From: a virus
Taxonomy: Duplodnaviria; Heunggongvirae; Uroviricota; Caudoviricetes
Reading direction: 5' to 3' (one strand)
IMG/VR virus record: IMGVR_UViG_2585427777_000013
DNA length: 31,922 nucleotides
The position numbers and the translations under genes are program-made. Positions 17,874 through 25,207 of the stretch are shown in pieces (within the stretch, counting starts at the first letter, position 1; every line of letters begins with the position of its first letter). The notes below the pieces were generated by a model. The model worked only from the letters and a program-made list of their open reading frames with translations. It made no database searches and was not told where the DNA came from.

Positions 17874-18336
17874 TTTCTTTCATTTCATCTGCTGCAAGCA
17901 CCTCATTTTTTGTTGGGGTGCTTTTTTTCAATTCAGCGATATAGCACTCCAGTTTTTCAATGCGTGATTCAATATCATCGTTTTCTGACCGCAATGCCGT
18001 CGGTGGCGTCTTCAGAGAACCAGTAATTATTCCCGGTAGTTTTCCTCTGTAGGTTATCAACACATCCTGCGCCTCTAAAATTATGGGGCGCTTTTCCGGC
18101 AACGGACCATCCCCTTCACATAACCCGGCAGCAACATCCATGAAAAACTGCTTCGCCTGCTTTTTCGCCTCAGCTTCGTAAAACTCCAGCGTGGCATCTT
18201 CAGTACGGTCAAGACTAATCGCCACATCTGGCAACAACAGTGACGGATACCCACCAATTTCCAGTGCCACAGTAACAGTAATCTTATTCGGGTAATTATT
18301 TATCCCTTTAACAACCAGTTCGTATTTTTTCTTCAT
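17806..18336 (-). CDS. Hypothetical protein (cargo ORF between holin and endolysin)
   Basis: 176 aa ORF, ATG preceded by GGGGAGAG and starting 5 nt after the holin stop; AT-rich; no recognised family. Confidence 0.55.
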   Translation of the reverse strand: MKKKYELVVKGINNYPNKITVTVALEIGGYPSLLLPDVAISLDRTEDATLEFYEAEAKKQAKQFFMDVAAGLCEGDGPLPEKRPIILEAQDVLITYRGKLPGIITGSLKTPPTALRSENDDIESRIEKLECYIAELKKSTPTKNEVLAADEMKETILDRAAHLSCASLLKEHLQQP

Positions 18337-18340
18337 CGCT

Positions 18341-18556
18341 TTACTCTCCCCGCGCCGCCTTACGACGGTCCTCTCTGATTTTGAAATACAGGTTAGTCAG
18401 ATATGTCAGCAGCCCAAACAGCAGACTTCCCAGTACGCCTATTGCCGCCCACTGAGACGGGGAAACCCTGTCCAGCAGCTGCAGGAACCAGTAGCCCGTC
18501 CCCACCGCTGACGTGGTGTATGACACACCTGTTGTGATTTTTTCCATCTGGTACAT
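18341..18556 (-). CDS. S: Holin, phage-21 S-type (pinholin-like) with dual-start motif
   Basis: 71 aa, ..[50 protein letters not shown] matches S21/EssD as remembered; begins MYQM, giving two in-frame Met starts. Confidence 0.85.
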   Translation of the reverse strand: MYQMEKITTGVSYTTSAVGTGYWFLQLLDRVSPSQWAAIGVLGSLLFGLLTYLTNLYFKIREDRRKAARGE

Positions 18557-18631
18557 ACCCCGTCTCCCGCAATCCGGAAGCTCACAACAACAAGAGGGGC
18601 ATCAGCTCACACCGACAGCCCCTGCGCATGG

Positions 18632-18901
18632 TTACATCATCATTTCGCCGTCAGGCTGAGGCTCACTGCTACCATCAGGCTGAGACCCGACGCCATCTGA
18701 AACAGCACTGTCATCCGCAATGCCTTCCGGCTCCGGAACAGTCGGTGCGCCCAGCAGTTCATCCAGAATGGCATCCACTTCTGCATCAAGACGCGCCTCA
18801 AGGTTCTGCCGAAGTTGCTGTTTCAGTGCGCTTCTGACTTCTTCAGAGCGCAGGACTTCCTTCACTGCTTCAGCAGTGACCAGCGATTTTATTTCTGACA
18901 T
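18632..18901 (-). CDS. Hypothetical acidic protein
   Basis: ORF with ATG at 18901 (MSEIKSL..), acidic C-terminus; the track ORF begins upstream at a TTG. Confidence 0.35.
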   Translation of the reverse strand: MSEIKSLVTAEAVKEVLRSEEVRSALKQQLRQNLEARLDAEVDAILDELLGAPTVPEPEGIADDSAVSDGVGSQPDGSSEPQPDGEMMM

Positions 18902-18938
18902 GGTATTTTCTCGTTGAAAGGTGTTGTTAAGAAAGTTG

Positions 18939-19121
18939 CTACGGAATGAGAGGCTCTTCGGGTTTTGTTCCGGCTGACTGACTGGCACTGATTTTCTCAG
19001 CGGCCCTTTTGTCAATCTGCCTGCGCCAGAAATCTCTCACGACTCTGTACCCACCAGAAAGAAGATACAGCACACAAACTGCTGTACAGAAATACAACAT
19101 AATCAGCTGTAAAAATGTCAT
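18939..19121 (-). CDS. Hypothetical small protein with N-terminal hydrophobic segment
   Basis: 60 aa ORF with ATG start. Confidence 0.25.
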   Translation of the reverse strand: MTFLQLIMLYFCTAVCVLYLLSGGYRVVRDFWRRQIDKRAAEKISASQSAGTKPEEPLIP

Positions 19122-19269
19122 TATTCATCTCCATTATTGACATGGTCAATGCCTGCCAGTAAAAAACTCCTGCATTTTTTGCTCAGCATATTTTTGCTAA
19201 GGATGTAGCGACTTCTGCCGCCGGTTCTGGCTCCTTGTTTTCCCTGCCACGGCGGTCTTTTTTTCCTGC

Positions 19270-21213
19270 TTACGGGTTATTCACTTCCACTGTTATACTT
19301 TCAATCAGCACCGTATACGTCGCCGCTTTTGTGATATCCGTTACACGTAATTTGTCTGCCGCAAAAGAACCTACCGGAGACTGCGACAGCATGAACGGTG
19401 CACCATCCTGACCATCAATCACCGGCGTCACCTGAATGCTGTTATTACCGGCAAAACGGAAACCCAGCGTATGCCATTCGTTGTCAAATGCGCCGAATGA
19501 CCCCAGCTTCGTGTTCTGGTCAGCGTTACCCTTGTGGTACATCACGTTGAGGTCTGTGGCATCGCTCTGTACGTAAAACGACGCCAGCAGATTGTTACCG
19601 GCATTACCTTCCAGTGTGACACCCTGAGGCAATGAAGAAACCGGCCAGTACAGCGCCAGTGCGTACTGATTAGCCGTAAGCGCGCCATCGAGTTTAAAAC
19701 GACAACTGACAAGACCACCTTTACCCAGCAGGTCCGCACCATTACCAGCATCATGCTCAAGGTACCAGGGGGCTCTTCCTGTTTCCTTGGTCAGTTTCAT
19801 TGCCTTACCCCCGCTGGCTCCGGCATCATCCACGATTTGAGCCTTGCCACCTCCAGCAGCCCAACCCTGTGGTGTCAACCGTCCTTCAGACTCAGATGCC
19901 CGGTAAGCAAATAGCGTACTCATCGTCGTGGTGTCTGCGGGTGGCGTGGACGGTTTTGATGGTGTATCAGGTGACGGCTTCTCATCCGGTGGTGTCACGG
20001 TCTGCCCGCGCATCAATTCAGCCGTGCGCCCTGCATGGAGCATAATAGCTGAGGCCAGACGGTCTGAAATGACGCCCCTGCGTGCCCATGAGCTGAAATG
20101 GCTGTCACGCTGTGTCGAAACAAAACTGCCCTGGGTTCGGGATGCTGCACCGTAATACCCGACAGCCACAATATCCGGGTCTTCCGCCGGAGCATTCGTT
20201 GGCGTGCTCTGTCCATTCTCATCCGTCAGGAACGGTACAAAGAAAATATTCTGTGCTTCCCTGCCCTTGTAACCGCCATATACCGCCTCATATTTATCGG
20301 CGTTAAGATTCTTCCAGTAATACGTGGTGTCACCACAAATCCACGGCACCGAGCCAGCACTTCCGCCAACACACTGTGCAGAATATGCAGCCATATCAGC
20401 CCTGAACTGCTGCACCATAGTGGTAAACAGGCCGCTGTGCTGCTGACTGCCGTCCGCAAGATCATTTTCCCCCTGCATCCATACCACGGCCAGAAGCCTG
20501 TTTTTCGGGTTCTTCGACAGCGCCGCTTTTGTACGGAAGAGAAAATCCTGATACAGCGGTTTACCCACTCCCCAGCGGGCTGAATTTGCCGATGCGCCAG
20601 ACGTTTCGCTGAACGTGCCGTCATTCCCCACGGTTAAACCAGCCCCGCCACGGCAACAGGGCACCAGAAGAATCCCGGCATTCTGCGGGATATAAGGCAG
20701 AAGTTTTTTGGCAATATGCAGCCCCTGACCGACAGTCCCGTACTGGCCCTTACTCAGGTCTGCATGAGGATGGTTAAGTGCGCTCATGTCCTGAACATCA
20801 TGCAGACAGTGGTCTGCCGGAATAACGTCATTGTATGCACAGGTATCACCACCCGGCGTCACAGTGCTGCGACGGGCCAGCTGCTTAATACGGGAGTCAG
20901 GGCGATCATAGGTCTCCGGCAGAGGAAGCCCCTCACCATAGGCCATACCGTTCGACTGCCCGGCCAGGGGAATAACGTAGTAATACTCCGGTTCAGTGGT
21001 AGCCACTCCCGGAGAGCCACCAGCCCCTGTGTCGGGCACAACCACAGGCGTGGTCACATCACCCTCTGCGGCAATGGCCTGCATCAGTGTATAAGGCGTG
21101 ATAGCCACAGGACTGCCAAACGGCTGCCAGCCTTCCTTCAGTTTTTGTGTCAGTCGCTCCGCAAGGTCTGACGGCGACGCCGCCCTGACCACGTCATAGT
21201 GTTTAAATGCCAT
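19270..21213 (-). CDS. nanS: Prophage sialate O-acetylesterase (NanS-p-like; DUF1737 N-terminus + SGNH/SASA esterase + C-terminal lectin-like domain)
   Basis: Starts MAFKHYDVVRAASPSDLAERL (DUF1737-like); GQSN esterase block in YYYVIPLAGQSNGMAYGEG; strong GGAGG ribosome-binding site before the ATG at 21213; sits between the tRNA/stx locus and lysis genes as in Stx phages. Confidence 0.82.
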   Translation of the reverse strand: MAFKHYDVVRAASPSDLAERLTQKLKEGWQPFGSPVAITPYTLMQAIAAEGDVTTPVVVPDTGAGGSPGVATTEPEYYYVIPLAGQSNGMAYGEGLPLPETYDRPDSRIKQLARRSTVTPGGDTCAYNDVIPADHCLHDVQDMSALNHPHADLSKGQYGTVGQGLHIAKKLLPYIPQNAGILLVPCCRGGAGLTVGNDGTFSETSGASANSARWGVGKPLYQDFLFRTKAALSKNPKNRLLAVVWMQGENDLADGSQQHSGLFTTMVQQFRADMAAYSAQCVGGSAGSVPWICGDTTYYWKNLNADKYEAVYGGYKGREAQNIFFVPFLTDENGQSTPTNAPAEDPDIVAVGYYGAASRTQGSFVSTQRDSHFSSWARRGVISDRLASAIMLHAGRTAELMRGQTVTPPDEKPSPDTPSKPSTPPADTTTMSTLFAYRASESEGRLTPQGWAAGGGKAQIVDDAGASGGKAMKLTKETGRAPWYLEHDAGNGADLLGKGGLVSCRFKLDGALTANQYALALYWPVSSLPQGVTLEGNAGNNLLASFYVQSDATDLNVMYHKGNADQNTKLGSFGAFDNEWHTLGFRFAGNNSIQVTPVIDGQDGAPFMLSQSPVGSFAADKLRVTDITKAATYTVLIESITVEVNNP

Positions 21214-21300
21214 TATTCCTCCCCTTTCCGGGATTTTCCTCAACAGTTGCGGGCCACGGTCCGGCTACACGGAGAATCAAAAGAGGAGAACCGCAGCCCG

Positions 21301-21332
21301 CAAAACGAAAAAGGCCGCGCAGTTGCGCAGCC
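21301..21332 (-). terminator. Intrinsic terminator (minus strand) about 90 nt upstream of nanS-p
   Basis: Minus-strand hairpin GGCTGCGC-AACT-GCGCGGCC (one G-U pair) followed by TTTTTCGTTTT. Confidence 0.5.
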
Positions 21333-21395
21333 TTATCACAGATGGTAAAAATCAGAACACGATAATAAAAATACCTGATGTATATTCATGCGCCC

Positions 21396-21460
21396 CGCCC
21401 GCCACTCACTGCGGGCTTTTTTTTGCCCATAGAAAAGCCCCTCCGGAGAGGGGCTTTTTA
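21396..21460 (+). terminator. Two adjacent terminator-like hairpins; the second is bidirectional
   Basis: GCCCGC-cactcact-GCGGGC followed by TTTTTTTT; then AAAA-GCCCCTC-cgga-GAGGGGC-TTTTT. Confidence 0.5.
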
Positions 21461-21699
21461 CAGTGGTAGTGTAGACAATTTTGCATGGTGCCGGGTGCCT
21501 CCCGGTGAGTTCAGTATCAGCACCTGAACCCGCACAGAAAGGATAAGGGTCGGTGACAAAACACCAGTTGCTGATTGCCCCTCCGCACAGGGGGATTCAC
21601 CATGCCAGTTTCTTTTAACAAACTCCCCGCAAACCAGACAACAGTCAACCGCCTGAATTGTGAGGTATTTAAAAATTTCAACGGGTAACTGATACCCTG

Positions 21700-21861
21700 C
21701 TAATCGCCTGATGCTTTCTTTTTCAGCAACGGGAAAGCAACAACCACCACACCCGCCACCAGCACACCGTCAGCCAGCACTGACATTATCCGGCTGCTGA
21801 AGTCCACCATCACCACCATCACTACCAGAAACAGCAGGAGCGCAACCACAGCCAGACGCAT
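21700..21861 (-). CDS. Possible small hydrophobic peptide (53 aa, two predicted membrane segments)
   Basis: Hand-translated ORF MRLAVVALLLFLVVMVVMVDFSSRIMSVLADGVLVAGVVVVAFPLLKKKASGD starting 9 nt after the TerB-like stop; below the ORF-track size cutoff; weak ribosome-binding site. Confidence 0.3.
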   Translation of the reverse strand: MRLAVVALLLFLVVMVVMVDFSSRIMSVLADGVLVAGVVVVAFPLLKKKASGD

Positions 21862-21869
21862 TTTTACCG

Positions 21870-22301
21870 TCACAGATGATTCTCCAGACGAAGGCCCAGA
21901 ACACCGGCAATCTCTTCCAGCACCTTGCGCTCTTCCGGCTCTATTTCGCCGTCTGCTTCGGCAATGGCCACCGCCACATCCAGCACGTCTTCCGCTTCAC
22001 GCGTATCGTGTTTCACATCCTCGATCTCACGTAACGCCGCTCGACGACCAATTTTAAAGTTCGTATCCAGCTGACCGATAATGGTTGCGCTAATCGCATT
22101 AATTTCTGACGTAAACGCGGACAACGCAGGCTGGTTACGCAAGACCTGCTCGATCTTCGCTTTCTCTGAAGCCTCACATTCACCATCTGCATAGGCCACC
22201 AGATAGGCAGCATTAATAACCGCCTGTGCCAGATCACGTTTCTCAAACTTTTTAATTTCCACTGCCGCTCGGCGGGCTTTTTTACCAAAAATACCAAACA
22301 T
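21870..22301 (-). CDS. TerB-domain protein (tellurite-resistance TerB-like)
   Basis: Two ADG..E motifs (AYADGECEASEKAKIEQ and AEADGEIEPEERKVLEEIAGVLGL) typical of TerB; start at the internal ATG with AAGGA ribosome-binding site. Confidence 0.6.
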   Translation of the reverse strand: MFGIFGKKARRAAVEIKKFEKRDLAQAVINAAYLVAYADGECEASEKAKIEQVLRNQPALSAFTSEINAISATIIGQLDTNFKIGRRAALREIEDVKHDTREAEDVLDVAVAIAEADGEIEPEERKVLEEIAGVLGLRLENHL

Positions 22302-22433
22302 CGTGACGTTCCTTTGGGTGGGTGAGCCAACGCCCGGGAGCGATCTGCCCACAGAGAAAGTCACACTGACCACTCCGTAAGCTCACCCCCGAAAGGCTCT
22401 GTGGTTGATATGCGCCGGGCGTGGCGCGGATAC

Positions 22434-22457
22434 AAAAAAGGCCCGCAAAAGCGAGCC
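22434..22457 (-). terminator. Intrinsic terminator just downstream of the tRNA cluster
   Basis: Minus-strand hairpin GGCTCGC-TTTT-GCGGGCC (one G-U pair) followed by TTTTTTG. Confidence 0.4.
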
Positions 22458-22471
22458 GGGAAAAATAAGTC

Positions 22472-22548
22472 TGGCGCGTTGTACTGGATTCGAACCAGTG
22501 ACCGATTGCTTAGAAGGCAATTGCTCTGTCCGGCTGAGCTAACAACGC
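22472..22548 (-). tRNA. argO: tRNA-Arg, anticodon UCU
   Basis: Hand-folded cloverleaf: acceptor GCGUUGU/ACAACGC, D-arm GCUC..GAGC, anticodon stem AUUGC/GCAAU with loop CUUCUAA, T-arm ACUGG-UUCGAAU-CCAGU, encoded CCA. Confidence 0.85.
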
Positions 22549-22561
22549 AGGATACAGATAA

Positions 22562-22638
22562 TGAACCGCCTTCGGGGACCCGAACTCCGCGCAACCAGCT
22601 TCGAAGGCTGGCGCTCTTTCCTGATGAGCTAATGGCGG
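22562..22638 (-). tRNA. argN: tRNA-like gene, anticodon loop CUUCGAA (UCG, Arg); imperfect, possibly degenerate
   Basis: Perfect D-arm and anticodon arm (CCAGC-CUUCGAA-GCUGG), but an A-A mismatch in the acceptor stem, an A-C mismatch in the T-stem, T-loop UUCGGGU (G at position 58) and UCA instead of CCA at the 3' end. Confidence 0.45.
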
Positions 22639-22645
22639 TATGTGA

Positions 22646-22721
22646 TGGTGGCCCTTGCTGGATTTGAACCAGCGACCTGGCGATTATGAGTCGCTCGCTC
22701 TCACCACTGAGCTAAAGGGCC
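22646..22721 (-). tRNA. ileZ: tRNA with anticodon CAU, most like tRNA-Ile2 (lysidine, reads AUA); Met not excluded
   Basis: Hand-folded cloverleaf closely resembling E. coli ileX: acceptor GGCCCUU/AAGGGCC, anticodon loop CUCAUAA, T-arm GCUGG-UUCAAAU-CCAGC, encoded CCA. Confidence 0.8.
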
Positions 22722-22749
22722 GAGCCAAAAAATAATAATCAGATGAAAA

Positions 22750-23463
22750 TCAATAATCAAGCCCTTGCCTGGATACATATCTGTCTGGCGGGAAGCCATA
22801 ATAGCGGTGAAATACAGAAATAAAGTAGGACCTGCTTGAATAACCGCATTTTTCTGCTATAGCCTGTCCATATCCATGCCGGGAACATAACATATTTACA
22901 GCAACACGCATCCGCTCTTCCAGCAACAAGCGACTGAACATGCCCCCTTCATTTTTCAGTTTTGTCTTTAACAAACTCTCACTCATATGCAACTGTAGAG
23001 CAATCGCACAAAGCGTCCAGCTTGCTGATATATCTGTCTGAATTATCGCCCTGACTTTGGCACTTATGCTGGATAAACATCCACTTAAAAACAATGACAT
23101 CCGTTCATCTGTTTCAAACAGAGACAGGCAGGCCATCATAAGAAACATATCCGTGGCCTCTCCGGAAAATCCCTGGCTGGTAATTAAAGCCGCAGCCAAC
23201 GCAGGATTGTTGGGTTCCAGCAACAGGTAAAGCGGAATGTCAGTCAGACGAGTCCTCGTCAGCTTATGCTGACTTTCCAGATATTGACTTACGACGGATT
23301 CGCTTATATCGACAATTTTAACTTTGCCATAATGCATAAGGAAAAGCTCCCTGATGCATTTGGTGGCCAGAACAACTGAGCCTGGCTTAAGTGACAACGT
23401 ATCCTTTTCAAGAAAAATATTAATTGGGGAGCAAACCATGATAACTGAACAGACAACAGCCAT
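22750..23463 (-). CDS. AraC/XylS-family transcriptional regulator
   Basis: 237 aa; C-terminal AraC-type HTH signature (..LLLEERMRVAVNML..GYGQAIAEKCGYSSRSYFISVFHRYYGFPPDRY); AT-rich; ATG start. Confidence 0.8.
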   Translation of the reverse strand: MAVVCSVIMVCSPINIFLEKDTLSLKPGSVVLATKCIRELFLMHYGKVKIVDISESVVSQYLESQHKLTRTRLTDIPLYLLLEPNNPALAAALITSQGFSGEATDMFLMMACLSLFETDERMSLFLSGCLSSISAKVRAIIQTDISASWTLCAIALQLHMSESLLKTKLKNEGGMFSRLLLEERMRVAVNMLCSRHGYGQAIAEKCGYSSRSYFISVFHRYYGFPPDRYVSRQGLDY

Positions 23464-23596
23464 TATAATTTTACTTTCATTAGCAATTGGTTAGCTCAAT
23501 TATAGCCCCAAAAGGTAAATTATCATCAACACATAAGCAAAGGACTGACAGGTGTCGCCCCCCACCAGCCGCCCATTCACCACAAATAAAAAGCCT

Positions 23597-23794
23597 TCAG
23601 GACTGAAGGCGTCTGTAACAACCGCACTGATAGTCTGCCAGACCCACCATAACAAGCTGGGTCAGTATTAACTGGCAGCGTTCGCGTGAAAGGTAAGTAT
23701 TCTGCGCAATCTCCCCGACGGTCGCCGGTTCGGTGACGCTTAATTCATTAAACACCACTCTGGCGGTTTCTGTCATATCCTGCTGTTTTAGCAT
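23597..23794 (-). CDS. Small putative HTH DNA-binding protein
   Basis: About 65 aa from an internal ATG (MLKQQDMTETARVVFNELSVTEPATVGEIAQNTYLSRERCQLILTQL); the longer track ORF begins at a TTG; divergent from the DUF262 gene. Confidence 0.35.
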   Translation of the reverse strand: MLKQQDMTETARVVFNELSVTEPATVGEIAQNTYLSRERCQLILTQLVMVGLADYQCGCYRRLQS

Positions 23795-23913
23795 GTCTTT
23801 TTCCCTTTTCCGGTTAACGTGACACACCAATAACTCTTGTCGAAAAAGCCAGCAAGCTGAAAGACAGGTATTCGCAACCACCAGCACGTTTAACGTACTG
23901 CGCCGTTTTTCGG

Positions 23914-23937
23914 ACACAAAAAACCGCCTGGCGGCGG
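23914..23937 (-). terminator. Weak terminator-like hairpin on the minus strand in the HTH/DUF262 intergenic region
   Basis: Minus-strand CCGCC-gcca-GGCGG followed by TTTTTTTG; stem is only 5 bp. Confidence 0.3.
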
Positions 23938-24047
23938 GTTTAAGCTGTGTGGCGTAGTAACCACTCTTAACACGATATAATATTTTTTGCGTACGCGTTA
24001 TAGTTTTCTTACAATCTATTTCCAACTCCAATTAAAGGAACAGTGAT

Positions 24048-25205
24048 ATGACCACACTCAAAGAACTCAAAGAAGAGCTTGCTCAGATTCAAGATGAAAA
24101 CGCGAAAAATAGAAAAAAAGCTGAAATTGCAGCCTTGGTCACTTCTGCCGACAACGAGATTAGGCTTGCTCAGAGAAATATTGGATACAACGTACGTGAA
24201 TGGACCGTTGAATTAATTGTACAAAAGTATGGCAATAATCTTGAAACTGACAAAAACGAACTTTTTATTCCTGATTATCAACGCGATTACAAATGGGATA
24301 TCAAAACAGCCTCTCGATTCATCGAAAGTATATTATTAGATTTTCCAATCCCGTACCTCTACATCTCCGACGTATTTAATGAAGATCCTGAGTTGGATGG
24401 TCGTGTAGAAATTATTGACGGTTCACAAAGGATTCGCTCAATTTACTACTTTTGGAACAATCAGTTTGAATTGAAAGACTTAAAAGAACTCAAAAGTTTA
24501 GAGGGCTTCAAATTTTCAGATCTTTTGGCTAGCCGCCAGAGGCGATTTTTAAGGGCATCACTAAGATTTATTGAATTGAAAGGTGATGTTGAGGAGCAAC
24601 ATAGAAGAGATTTATTCGAAAGAATAAATTCAGGTGTTAAGAGACTGGAAGCGATGGAGGTTAGACATGGTTCAGATGCGGCCACTTCAATTTTCTATAG
24701 GGATGTTGTGACTCCTTGCTCAACAAATCCACTTTTCGCTAGTCTAGCTCCATTATCAGACCGGAAACGTTCGAATGGCGATCATCGTGAGTTAGTTTTG
24801 AGATTTTTTGCATACTTAAATGATTTAGAAAATTATAAGGGTTATGTCGCTCCTTTTATTGACAATTATCTTAATGTTCAGGCCGAAAGGGTCACACAAC
24901 AAGATGTAGACAAATTTAAACATGATTTTGAAAGCATGCTTGCTTTTGTAGATGCTCATTTCCCTATGGGGTTTAAAAAGACACCAACAAGCAAAACCAC
25001 CCCCCGTGCTAGATACGAAGCCATAGCAGTGGGAACTGCTCTTGCCTTAAAAGCCAATCCACATCTACAGGCTCCGGTTATTCCTGTAGGAGACTGGCTG
25101 TTTGGGGAGGAATTTGAAACCATAGTTACTGCTGATAGTGCCAACAACACCAGCCAACTCAAAAACAGAATATTTTATGTCAAAGATAAATTATTAGGAA
25201 TGTAA
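24048..25205 (+). CDS. DUF262 (ParB/GmrS-like NTPase) domain protein with no recognisable nuclease domain
   Basis: 385 aa; DUF262 hallmarks IPDYQRDYKW and IIDGSQRIRSI, plus ..DLFERINSGVKRLEAMEV..; AAGGAA ribosome-binding site; AT-rich; plus strand, opposite to the phage backbone. Confidence 0.8.
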   Translation: MTTLKELKEELAQIQDENAKNRKKAEIAALVTSADNEIRLAQRNIGYNVREWTVELIVQKYGNNLETDKNELFIPDYQRDYKWDIKTASRFIESILLDFPIPYLYISDVFNEDPELDGRVEIIDGSQRIRSIYYFWNNQFELKDLKELKSLEGFKFSDLLASRQRRFLRASLRFIELKGDVEEQHRRDLFERINSGVKRLEAMEVRHGSDAATSIFYRDVVTPCSTNPLFASLAPLSDRKRSNGDHRELVLRFFAYLNDLENYKGYVAPFIDNYLNVQAERVTQQDVDKFKHDFESMLAFVDAHFPMGFKKTPTSKTTPRARYEAIAVGTALALKANPHLQAPVIPVGDWLFGEEFETIVTADSANNTSQLKNRIFYVKDKLLGM

Positions 25206-25207
25206 CT

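Noticed and set aside
21244-22471. Shiga toxin genes stxA/stxB, expected from the Stx-phage-like layout
   Set aside because: No ORF pair resembling an A subunit of about 320 aa plus a B subunit of about 90 aa exists between the tRNA cluster and nanS-p; the interval encodes a TerB-like protein and non-coding terminators.
22401-22667. 88-aa plus-strand ORF across the tRNA cluster
   Set aside because: It overlaps three tRNA genes on the opposite strand and has no ribosome-binding site; it is an artefact of the open frame.
23795-24031. Longer 144-aa version of the small HTH ORF (23597..24031)
   Set aside because: Its first codon is TTG and the N-terminal 79 residues run through the divergent promoter/terminator region; the shorter ATG-initiated form is more plausible, though still low confidence.
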